64,000 nucleotides of DNA, from positions 44,084,001-44,148,000 of the forward strand of contig NC_087437.1 in assembly GCF_036321535.1 (NCBI RefSeq), written 5' to 3'. Made by a program: the position numbers and the translations under genes. Every line of letters begins with the position of its first letter. The stretch's first letter is position 1. The DNA is from Camelus dromedarius. Lineage: Eukaryota. This document shows positions 53,005 through 64,000 of the stretch, one piece after another. The notes beneath the pieces were generated by a model. The model was given only the letters and a program-made list of their open reading frames with translations, ran no database searches and was not told the origin of the DNA.

Positions 53005-53165
53005 TGTGCTTATTATCCGCCATTCACGACGTTTAGCACAGTCGTACATTATTGCTTTCAGTTTTTATAATAATCTTCTGAAATAGGTATTTTTCCCATT
53101 TTACAGTTGAGGAAACTGAGTCTCAAGTCATGCTCCTCACTTGTAGTTACTCAGCTAGTACTAGA
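53005..53165 (-). mobile_element. MIR
   Basis: 'cccattttacagttgaggaaactgagtctca'. Confidence 0.8.
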
Positions 53166-53399
53166 CATACCTCAAAGCTGTCTTTCCCCGTTGCACAAAA
53201 CTGATTCACATGCTGTTCCTTATCTCCCTGTATTTTTTAATGGATTTTGCAAAATTCACTTTAACTTTAATTTATTTCTATATGAGAAGCAGATTGGAAA
53301 CACTAACAAAACTCTGGTTCTGCACTATGGTGTGTTAGTAGTACGAACACTCTTTAGGGGATGGGGGTGGGGGAGTGTAGATACGTTTCTGGACTGAAG

Positions 53400-53683
53400 T
53401 GGAAGTAGGGAATTAAAAGTTAACACCAAAACTGAAACAAAGCCACGTTTTGTGAAGCACACACTAATAGTAGTCCATTGGATCAAAGGATGTGATCTCA
53501 CTTCACAGTAAAACAGGTCCTGCAAGCCCAGGTAACTCAGGAAGCAGAATGGTAATTATTCACAGAAGAAAGCAGGTAGTGTACTGTTACATTACTACAG
53601 TAGAAAGTCAGAAGGTCACAGAACTTGCAGGGTAACTGACACAACTTGAAACTGCTTGGCCCCCTTTAAAAAGAAATTATAAG
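53400..53683 (+). promoter_or_regulatory. NAALADL2: Proximal promoter and 5' UTR of the NAALADL2 coding first exon (CpG-poor; TSS probably near 53600)
   Basis: No recognisable repeat directly upstream of the ATG, and no ATG in 53599-53683. HNF1-like GGTAATTATTCAC at 53551-53563. The TSS position is inferred, not observed. Confidence 0.6.
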
Positions 53684-53726
53684 ATGGGAGAGAATGAAGC
53701 AAGTTTACCTAACACAGCTTTGCAAG
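53684..53726 (+). CDS. NAALADL2: First coding exon of NAALADL2 (N-acetylated alpha-linked acidic dipeptidase-like 2); 14 codons + 1 nt, phase-1 intron follows
   Basis: ATG GGA GAG AAT GAA GCA AGT TTA CCT AAC ACA GCT TTG CAA G|gtaagt translates to MGENEASLPNTALQ(G). This matches the human NAALADL2 N-terminus as I recall it (MGENEASLPNTSLQGKKMAYQKV), with one S>A change. Strong Kozak context (aagATGG), in-frame upstream TAA at 53633-53635, and a consensus donor AAG|GTAAGT at 53727. No exon 2 (KKMAYQKV...) seen in the rest of the window. Confidence 0.95.
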
Positions 53727-56700
53727 GTAAGTGCCAACAACCTCTGAAATGTTTGCAGTCAGACATTTAAGCCAAGCCGTGTAGATTACAAAGTGTGTGT
53801 ATGCGTGTGTGTCTGTGCACTGCGTTTCAAGGTGTGCTTTGCCGGTGGGGAAAAGAGGCAGAGGTGTTGTTGTTTCAGAGGAAGCTGCCTTTCTCTGTTG
53901 TGCTCAACAGCTCAACGTATGCAGAAACACGAATTTGGTGGAGTAGGGCAAGTTTTATCACTTCCCAGTGCAGTGCTGGGAACTGCTACGACCAACTTCC
54001 AGTGCACTTTCACGTTAAATCTTTCCCAGCTTTGACAGAATATTGATTTTTGTCTCTGCCTGTGAGATTTTTATTTTTAATCAAATTTTGCCATCTCTGG
54101 GTGTACCAGGTAAATGTCCTTGTAATTCATATAACCATTTTCTTAAGGTAGAAAACAGGGTTTCAGAGGGCAGCTGATTGGTTGGGGAGAGCAGCTGATT
54201 TTACAGGTCTCCCTTAATCAGATACCTTTGTCCTTTGAAGGGACTGGCTTTGTTGACATTGGCCTGACTAGGCTTCTATCATTAGGCTTGTTCATAGAAA
54301 CAAATAACAAGTTCGCTTACATGTTCCACTTTTTTGAGTGAAGAGTTCTTTCTTTTTAAAAAAAGGTAGAAAGTGGATTGAATGCTTATTTGTTGCCATG
54401 ATCTCTAGTAGTTTACCCTCTTATGAATTATCACTTTTACAAGTTCTCATTTTGATCAAAGTTTTTTTTTTTAACAAAATCTACTTGATAATGACATTTT
54501 AATCTAATTATGTTCTTGTAGCGCTACCAGGAAGAAAATCCCCCAGCCATTCAATTTTCCAGTAAGTGTGCATAACCAAACATGTAACACTACCTATGAA
54601 ATGTAACACATATGAGAACAACATGATGGTCCTAGACGTGTCTGGTCATAAAAGTATGTCACCCATTTTCTAGAGTTCAGTTGTCTTCCAGAAAACCTGT
54701 GCTTTCCCTTCATTTTTCTTTAATCCTTACTCTACTTCAATTGCTTAAGAATCCCAGAATTTTTATTCTTCTTTCTGTATGTTTCCTAAAAAATTTTTTT
54801 GAAATACTACGTAAAATGCTATTAAAAACATTTTAAATTTGAAGATTATTTTTAAAAGTTATTTAGTGCATTCTACTGAATTAAAACAAGATAAAAGGCT
54901 CATTTAGCACAACTCTAGGAAATAATTTATATGTTGTATGGACAGAATGACATTATAACATATACCTTAACTGTCTCCGTAATGTTTTTCCTTGGAAAAG
55001 CTTATGGGAAGGCTCTGGGTTGTTCAAGTTGTTCAGATGATGCTGAGTTTGTATGAAATGTATACGTCGGAATAACCTATCCTCTGCCATATGCTACATC
55101 ACCTGTGTCTGTGTTCAGGGATTGAGATAAACTGAGAGTAACCAGGCCACCCCTCTCTCTCCTTGTCACCTCTCTTTGTGTCAGGATTATGGATAATATT
55201 TGCTACTTATTTTAGAGTCCTAGAGTGCATATCAATTTCCTGTTGTTTGGGGGTTTTTTTGTTTTTGTTTTTGTTTTTGTTTTTCTTGCACTTTTCTGTA
55301 CTTAGGATTCAGGTAATATGTTCCACTGTGAAAGGGTTACTTTCCTTCCCTCCTGTCTGTTGATCTGCCCAACTATTTTCAGAATTAATAATCTGCATAT
55401 ATCAGAAAAGCATGTATACGATTTAAAATAAGAGCTATGGTAAATAATTTGAATCTCATGGTTTGAGTTAGAAAACAATGTGCCTCTATCCATAAACCTT
55501 CTGTCGTTGGCGAATACTTGTGAGATGAGTTTATTCCAGGGTATTTTCCTTTGTGCATTCTGTGAAAACTTTTCTATAAGGAATGTGTTCTCTTTTGATC
55601 TTATCTGAGTTGAAATACATCCTTGGTAGGTCTACAAATAGTTCAGATCTATCTTCTTGGAGTGTCAAAATGCTTCTATTCCAGATGTATTTGCCTTACG
55701 ATTATTAAATGAACCTATTAATCAGTGAGCATTAATGAGAAACAAAGGTGCTTCAGCTGTTGGTTTGAAATCATTTCTGGATTTTTTGTTTAATTATAAA
55801 GGATAACACTGTGGGGATAATTTGTTCCTTCATTTGTATTGTGAAGGTATGAGATTTTATAAGTTTAATAACTTATAAAGTGAATCATGATATATCTTGG
55901 AGTCCTCATTTATGGATTGCTCTAACAGAATTCTATTTTCTAGGCAATAGTCTGTCCTATCTCTGTTCTTGAGTTTAAAAATTACGAAAGTAAATGGAAA
56001 AGGCATTTTGAAATGTTGTTTAATTCTGCCTTTGACTTAACATTTATAAAAAAATTCTGAAGTTCTCTAAATAATACTAATTATTGTCACCTCTGCTTGC
56101 AAGTGAGTGTCCTCTAATAGGAATGAGTATATTCACATGTTTTGTACATTAAACATATGGGTGATTTCAGTGTGTTGGCTATGAGGATAATACGTGACAA
56201 TAGATTATCATTAGAACTCCATCATGTGCTTTGAATAAGTTTTCTAAGCCCATGTATCTGGATTGTCCAGATTCATTGGACCATCTCTAGTCACAACTTG
56301 GAGGCTAGCCATAGACATTGCCAGAGATTGTTCATTGTATTACTGTTTCCTGCAGGTCTCTGACCCATTATTCTACCCAGGGAGCTGGCTGAGTGTGCCC
56401 TGGTTAGTGAAACCCCTAAGCTCCCAACATTTAATGTTTCCAATGGTATTGGGAATCTATCTTTTTCCTAATGAAAGTTAAATCTTTCCAAGGTTCTCTT
56501 CAGCTTAATGTGAACAGATCTCAAATATCTTTTCCAGTGTAAAAGGCAAACACTCCCTTTCAGTCTCAAGAGTAACTCCACAGACAATCATGTAAAAACT
56601 TCATACATGAAGTTTCATAATATTCTTGGGATTCATATAATAGAATTACCTTGAGAAGGAGAGAAGACTAGAAAGATTTTTCTAATTGTTGAAAATATAA

Positions 56701-59700
56701 ATAAAATGTATAAATAATACGACATAAGGAACAGGGATGAGTGCCGTCTAAGCGTTGTTATTTGCTGAGGAAAGGAAGCAGCATTTTCTTGCATAGTATC
56801 TACAAACACGTGTATCACCGAGTGGCACGTTGTCAGTCTGTGACAATAGTGAAAGGCCACGGCTGGGATGACAGGAGGGTGGCAAGTCCCTTCCTGGCAG
56901 TTACCTAGAAAATGCCTTAAGCTAAGGTTTCTCCGAAAGCTACCCTTGGGCATGTAAGAGCCCCTTCCTATTCTCTCGGGAAGGACATGCATTTTCTACT
57001 TCTCCCAGGGTTCTTATTAACAGGCAGAGCAGACCCTAGTCAGAATTATTAAAAAAGAAAGAATTTCTCACTATCCAGCTATGTCCCTCATCCACTGAGT
57101 CCCTCCTACCTCATGAACTCAGGCCCACGAGCTTTTCTTTCTCTCCCCTTCCTCCTTGGTCAAAATATGTGCAAGGCCACCTGTCTCTTTGTAAAAGATA
57201 CGCTAGTTTATCCTCGGAATTATTTGAATCAAAGGCATCTCTGAGCCCAGTGCCGGCACAGCCTCGTGAGAGGAGATGTCTTTGCGTGGGGTCTCCCCTG
57301 AGCTGCTTGACACACCCTCTTCACTCAGGCTGCCTACTTATCAGCTGCTCAGATATTTTCAAGCATCTTCTAATTATAAACCACCTTCCTACCTCAGTTC
57401 TTCTTGGTTCTCTAGGTCTACAAATCCCTTATTTTAAAGGATACAAAAGAATAGAATTCAGCAGGAGAGATGTTTCTAAGTATAGAAAGGTTGGCCAGAC
57501 CCTTTCGAAGGCATGGCCAATTCTAGACAGCAGTCAGCAGAGAGGAGACCTCTTCTCAAACCCACACAAGGAGAATTTGGCTGTCGGAGCTAGGGAAAAA
57601 GAAATCTGTAGAATATTAACATTTTCAGGTAGCGAGGAGCTTAGCAGGCCTTAAGTCCTATATTTTTATTTTGTAGAGTCGCAAACAGAGATCCTTTAAA
57701 GGAACGAAAATTGTCTTTGGTTTCTCAGAAGCAGTTGCCAGAAACTAGGTCTCCACCCTAGCTGCCTAAAGACAATAATTTTATTGAGAAATTTGGCACA
57801 TAATTTCTAGGGGTATTTACTTTCCTATTTCAGAAAGGGAAATCAGGCTTATAAATGCTTTGCATATTGACATCCTTTAGTTTCTGTAGTTATGACCTGG
57901 AAAGCATTGTCCAGTATTCAGTCTATTACAGGACTCGTCTGTCTAGGCTTGGATTTTCTCTTGACTGGATAAAAGTTTCTTTGGCTTTTAAAACATTTAC
58001 TTAATTTTCATCACAACCAGGAGCTGGCTTGAAATTCCATAGGCACATGCAACAAATCTCATGTATCTCATGATACAGCCATTTATTAGCAATTATACTT
58101 ATTCTATTTGGCTAGTATAAGGAAAAAAAAAAATCTAAGCAGAAAGGTGCCTTAGTGTCTGTGCTTCTAAGTTGCAGCCCAAGGGCGGCAGTACTGTCTA
58201 CCCCAACCTGTTATACTGGTTTGGTGTGTATGTTTACTTTCTGTGGTGGAAAAAATATCTCTGCATTCATCATTGTAAAGCATGCCTGTGAGTGACTTGA
58301 AATCTTTCTAAAACCTCAAAGAGGGCTCACCAGTGTATGAATCTTCTTTTCCACCCAATAAAAGTTTAATAATATTTTCAATTAAGAGAAATGCAAGGAG
58401 CTCTTGTTTAACCCCCTCAGTGTTCCAGGAGGAAGGCTCTCACTAGCTCTTAGTGAGAAGTTGGAACACTTATATCATTGAGACACTCTGGAAATGAATT
58501 TAGATATTGAGGTAACAGGCTATTTTGGAGTTGAAACTTCTAGAAGCTCTGCTGGAGAGGTCTTATAATCTAAGGACAAAATCAAATACATTTGGAGCAA
58601 GTAAAATTGCAGAGAATATAAAGGCATGAAATCCCAGGTGGGTCTGACCTTAGGCAAAAGTGCATGAGAAGATGGCCTGGGGACTGTTCCCCAGGTACAA
58701 GGCAGAGAACCCTCGGAGCAGACAGATGAGGTTAGGAGATGAATTCTGAAATAAGACATTAAAAAAATGGTTAAGGAAGTAACTGGGCTGAGGAGCTTTT
58801 TTCCTTGTCTTTCTAAATGGAAATTGGATCTTCACCTTCTTAGAAATAAAAAAGCAAGCAACAAACTTGAATGGAGCATTTGATAAAGGCAGTTAATGAC
58901 ATGATACGCAAGTTAAAACCTACTGTTGAGGGAAAAGCCAATTCTTAAATACTTTGAAATTCAGGGTTTATTCCTAGACTTTTCAATGGTCTGAGAGGCA
59001 AACTTTAATCCCCACAATTTAAATGATGTTTTATGGCACTGGAATTGTTTTAAAGAGAAACATTTCAAGTTTCAATTAAAGTCACTATAAAATCTTCTTG
59101 AATAAAAGGTGATGCATACCTACAGGATGACTTGATTGTTTCAACATTATTATTAATAATGCAATTAAAATGTGTTCCATATATTCAAAAGGTTGGAGCT
59201 GTCTTTGAATCTGCTTTCTTTTTCTTTAAAGAAATGAAACAAAGCTTGCAGTAATAATCCGATGATTACACACGTATAAACACTATATAATTATTAGCTT
59301 GTATGCCTATTCTCTAGATTTTGGAAAGGGTTTAAACAAATTTAGCTAACTGAGTAGAACAGTAAGCCAACCTCCTTGGTATCCCAAGTTTTTTGGGGGA
59401 GGATTATTAACCAAGCATGTACTTGACTTCTCATTGGAGAGTATTACACTTGATACATAAGTGAGGGAAAAAAGGGCTACTGACAAGATTGCAAAGAAAA
59501 TGTGATTTGAATGAAAACACATAAAAGGCATTGAGCTTCAGCTGATCCCTTGAGCTTCTAAACTCTCTTCAGGAAAAGTAGGGGTAAATAGTTCTATTTG
59601 ACAGGGCTATTTTGTTGCTCTGTTGATAGATATGTTTAACCATCTCCACAGTTGAACGCTTTAGAAGGCGCATTTATAAATGCCATTATAATTTATATTG

Positions 59701-60467
59701 AAATGCAATTCACTTGTTCTCTTTAAACCTTTGATCAATGTAATGCAAGTTGTGCATTGTGTACTAAGAAAATTGACTTCGACGATAGGTATAGAATCTC
59801 ATAAAAGAGCCCAAAACAGAATTGTTTGAAAAGTCAACTACTAGATTTAATGCAATTCATACAAACATGCAAAAGATGCACATTTACACCTATTAAATGA
59901 CGCAGTCAACTTTGCTGTGTGACTTCAGACCTTAGTGAATGATTCATTTCAAGAATTGATTGAATTTTTGAAACCATTCCATCTCAGCCATTCTTTCGTT
60001 TTCTCAAAAGCGAGTTTCTTTTCAAACAGGGCATGAGAAGCAGAGAGGATTGAAGGGTCTGTGCTTTATTTTCCTCTTTGTTTATGAACCTTTAGTGCAA
60101 TCATAGACAAGTCCCATCTTCTCTTAAGCTATTGATGAATCTTGAAAAAATTTCATCACATCCACATTTCTTGATGGCAGATTTCAGAGATAGAGAACTA
60201 GACTTTGCCACAGTAAGGGGAACTTGCTTCCACTCTTGCCAATTCTTGGTGTTATAGCCACAGACACATATCCAGGAATTTAAAAAGAAATCTAGGAAGA
60301 GGTGTGATGTAAGCTGATTCTGACCAGAATGAGTGGCAGAAGGAAGAAAGTCTTTCCTGGCAAAACAGACAGCAGAGATAAGGCATAGAGATTGCATCTA
60401 CCTATGTGTTTACTAATTTTATTTTTCTCTCTTACTGAGATCAAAAAGGATTTTCCAAAAATTACTA

Positions 60468-60701
60468 CAGTGGACCTTTGAATAACATAGTTTTGACCTG
60501 TGCAGGTCCACTTATATCATGGATTTTCTCCACTAAATACATGCTATAGTACTATGCAAGTCAAAGTCAAATAATCCATGGATTTGGAACCACACACACA
60601 GAGGGCTGGAGGGCCCACTGTAAAATTGTTCATGCATTTTCAACTGCATAGGGGGTGGGGGAGTTGATGCCCCTAACCCCTGAATTTTTCAAGAGTCACT
60701 A
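60468..60701 (+). mobile_element. Tigger2a-like Tc1/mariner MITE
   Basis: Terminal inverted repeats cagtggacctttgaa ... ttcaagagtcacta; TA on both flanks (60466-60467 and 60702-60703); 'gcccctaacccc' subterminal motif. Confidence 0.85.
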
Positions 60702-62049
60702 TACTTTGAAATAGGCTCCAAATAAGTAAACACAATAAAGGTTAAAATAATACAACAGTTAAAATTTGTTTGTAAAATATGTACCAGAACATTCCAAACA
60801 GCTACCAAATAAATCTGCTTTCCAGCTTCCTAGCAGCCAAAAGAAAGTAAGAAATTGGTTGTAAGATTTATGGTATTCAAATCATATAAAAATGTGGCAG
60901 TTATTCAAGAGATGCATAGATTTCTTGATTAGACATGGTGATAGAAATCAAAATAATTTCTATAGATTACAGGAAACAGGCCTAACCAGAAAAAAGGGTT
61001 TTTATTAGGTAACACTGAGACTTAAAGTTAAAAGAATTCTAGAGATAAGAAAATGGTATTATTTAAGCCATCTCAGAATCTTGACATGGATGACTTTCTC
61101 TGAGCTCCTTAAGCTGCTGCACTATCCTATCAGATGTTTGTCAGAAAAAAAATTACGTAGAAAAAATTCAAACATAAAATGAATCAGATAATAAAAAGGA
61201 AAACAAAAGAATAATTAAGAAATATAGACTTTATAAAAACTAAATTTACATGATTTAAATATTCACACTATTAAAATTTCAGAATATAAAAATAGGTCAT
61301 TTTGAAAATAAGGCTGCTATATATATTTTATAAGCATATTATGCAAGTCTCTCCTGGAGTGGATTTTATATGAGTGTTGTGTGTTCGTTTTGATGAATGA
61401 AGGATTCAGTACAGTCACTGTAACAGATTTGGTGGTGGGAAGGGGATGGTAGGTGGGGCAGGGATACAGGGTAAGAATGAGGAACACACATTGGTATTGA
61501 TAATATTCCTGTTGCACTATAAATCTACTCTAAATGCTCCAATCTATAAACTATAGGTACAGCGAGGTAATAACGTTGCCTTAAGTTTTATTTTCCTTAC
61601 AGGTAAATAGGAATTTGAGGGTAAAAATGAAAAAAATTTAATAAGAAAGTATTAATCTTTTTTTCATTCTTGAGTCTTTCTCATCAATTTAAGTTCATAT
61701 TTTATATTCTTTTCAGTTTATCATTTGACCTCTAGGGATTTGTTTGGGCATCATCTTTTTACTAGATTGGAAAATGTATAGTATTGCTATACTTTTAGAA
61801 ATTAGTAATTGCCAAATTGTGTTTACTAAAATACTTCTGCATAACTTAACATAATTCACAATACCATTGGTATTTAGTTAATAGAGTGTTGTGGAAAGGT
61901 AGTCTTCATATGAAAGTTTCATTTTTATAAATTGATGAGTTAGTAAATAATTTACTTCCATAATTAGATAAATAAAAAGGGGAAAACTAGTATTCATTAG
62001 ATACTACATTTAGGTGGAAATTTACTAAGCTTATTTGAAACTCACAACA

Positions 62050-63125
62050 ATCTTGGCCTCCTCCCTTCTGCCAACAGATTCACTAAGCTGATTCCCTACT
62101 AGACATCTGTATACTGGTAATACCTGCTGAATTTCCTATGGTTTGCTTCTTGTCATTCAATTATTAGATCAAATATCATCTCAGTGATACCTTCTCTAGC
62201 CTCTCAAACTAAAGCAGCCAGTCTCTGTCTTTTTTTTTTAATTTATTTTTTGTTGAAGTATAGTCGATTTACAATGTTAGTTTCAGGTATACAGCAAAGG
62301 TATACAGCTGTATACTTTTGCTATATATGTGTATATAAATATATTAGATCCTTTTCCATTGCAGCCCATTACAAGAAATTGAATATAGTTCTCTGTGCTA
62401 TACAGTAGGTCCTTGTTGTTTATTTTATATATAGTAATATGTATCTGTTAATCCCAAACTCCTAACTAATCTGTCCCTCCCCTCACATCCCCCCTGGTAA
62501 GCACAGTTTGTTTTCTATGTACATGAGTCAATTTCTGGTTTGTAAATAAAATTTGTATCTTTTTTTTTTTAGATTCCACCTGTAAGTGACAGCGTATGAT
62601 ATTTGTCTTTCTCTGATTGACTTACTTCACTTAATATGGTAATCTCTAGGTCCATCCAGGTTGCTGCAAATGTCATTATTTCATTCTTTTTTATGGCCGA
62701 GTAATATTCCATTATATATATACCACATCTTCTTTATCCATTTATCTGTGGATGTTTACGTTGTTTCCATGTCTTAGCTATTCTAAATAATGCTGCTGTG
62801 AACATTGGGGTGCATGTGTCTTTTTGAATTATAGTTTTCTCCAGATATATGCCCAAGAGTTGAATTACTGGACCATATGGACAGTATGGAGGTCCCTTAA
62901 AAAATTAAAAATACACTTACCATATGATCCAGCCAGTCTCTGTCTTAATGCCTGATTTTAAATATCTCATCATGAGCCGTTTTTTTTCTTTTAGTATTTT
63001 TGTTTATTGCCTGTTTTCCTGCGATAAAATGTTCTCTCCTTGAGATAAAAGACCATGGCTGGCTTTATTTTGCTACCTAGAATTATTGCTAACACATACT
63101 ATATTTTCAGTAAGTGTAAGTTTAA
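62050..63125 (+). mobile_element. L2 3' region split by a young L1
   Basis: 'caaatatcatctcagtgataccttctct' ... 'tgtttattgcctg...tccttgagataaaagaccatg'. Confidence 0.6.
62232..62929 (-). mobile_element. 5'-truncated, 5'-inverted lineage-specific L1
   Basis: Perfect 17-bp TSD cagccagtctctgtctt (62215-62231 and 62930-62946); T-tail; inverted piece at 62881-62929. Confidence 0.95.
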
Positions 63126-63699
63126 TATATTCAGAAAAATACACATGAAATGCATAGTAGTATTTTTTGTGTCTAGACAATTTACATTTTTTCTAACATG
63201 TAAATTAGTTGAGCATAAAGTATCAATCACTTAACATGGTAAATGCAAAGCAGAATAAAATAAGAAGCCTTAACTGAAAAACTGACAAATAAAAGAAGTC
63301 TTAAAATGGAAAGATACCTTTTTCTAGAATGATAGTTGACATAGATCCTCTGTTCTCAAATATCAGGATCAGAGTATTGTTCATTTTCATCTTCTCTAGT
63401 TTTGTGGACCTTGGTTGGATTTACCCAGATGAGCTCTCAACAGAGTCCCAAGTATGAGACAATGATGATGGTGGTGATAGAGGAAAATTGTTTTGAGTGT
63501 TCTATATTTATTATTTTATTTAATCTTCACAGTATTCAATAAGGAGTATATGTTCAATAAATACAAATATAAATAATTATATGACTATATTTTCTTTGTA
63601 TTTACTTGTATTTTCCTTCTGCTTTATTTATAATTCATCCTCATCACTGTCCATCATCTCATAGTGACAGAGAGCTAAGTTCATGTGATGTTGATGGGA

Positions 63700-64000
63700 T
63701 GTGACAAAAAGAAATAAATCTGAGGGATACTTGAGGTTAAATTGATGTTTGCTTGTATGCAATGCTGAAGGAGGAAGAGGTTGTAAAAACTGGGTTTCTG
63801 GCTTAGGTGACAGAGAGAATAGTATTAACTGATTTAGGGAGTGTAGGATGGGGAATAATTTAGAGGAGAGAAAAATGAGACTGCTTTAAACAAAAATAAT
63901 ATTAAGTTATCAGTCTAACTGATGAAAATGCCCAGGACTTACATTGTAAAAATGAGACTAGACCTTGAGAGAGAGAACTGGGATGGAATTAGGGAGTTGG
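63700..64000 (-). mobile_element. L2 fragment
   Basis: 'gggtttctggcttaggtgac...attaactgatttaggga...ggagagaaaaatgag'. Confidence 0.6.

Larger units (their letters stand above)
53727..64000 (+). other. NAALADL2: NAALADL2 intron 1 (5' part, continues beyond the window)
   Basis: Begins at the GTAAGT donor; no downstream NAALADL2 coding sequence recognised in the window. Confidence 0.9.

Noticed and set aside
57169..57654. 161-aa ORF in intron 1
   Set aside because: GTG start, no NAALADL2 or other recognisable homology.
59670..59683. 14-bp perfect palindrome gcatttataaatgc
   Set aside because: AT-rich palindromes of this size are expected by chance in 64 kb.
61601..61635. Acceptor followed by GT AAA, resembling the expected start of NAALADL2 exon 2 (G-K)
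   Set aside because: The next codon is TAG and no MAYQKV follows. Kept only as a recursive-site candidate.
1..64000. CRISPR arrays, tRNA/rRNA genes, operons or other prokaryote-type systems
   Set aside because: The sequence is mammalian; no regularly spaced repeats, structured RNA genes or long ORFs were seen.

Overview
This is AT-rich mammalian genomic DNA, not prokaryotic. The L1 3' ends are of cetartiodactyl type, and I recognised no Bov-B/Bov-tA, PRE-1, CHR, SINEC, ERE or Alu SINEs, which suggests a camelid (inference). The only protein-coding sequence I can support is a 43-nt first coding exon on the + strand (53684-53726, MGENEASLPNTALQ/G followed by a GTAAGT donor). It matches the N-terminus of NAALADL2 and is too short to appear in the ORF track. 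The preceding ~53.6 kb is non-coding and the last ~10 kb is the start of intron 1. The rest is transposable-element remnants: L1, L2, L3/CR1, MIR, MaLR/ERVL/ERV1 LTRs, hAT and Tigger elements, plus microsatellites. Repeat family names come from recalled consensus resemblance and boundaries are approximate unless a target-site duplication (TSD) is quoted. I found no convincing new biological system. The best oddities are two solo LTRs sharing one 4-bp target site, an internal L1 fragment between 77-bp direct repeats, a TSD-flanked tail-only insertion, two twin-priming L1 inversions, a motif cluster upstream of the exon, and candidate recursive or cryptic splice sites in intron 1.
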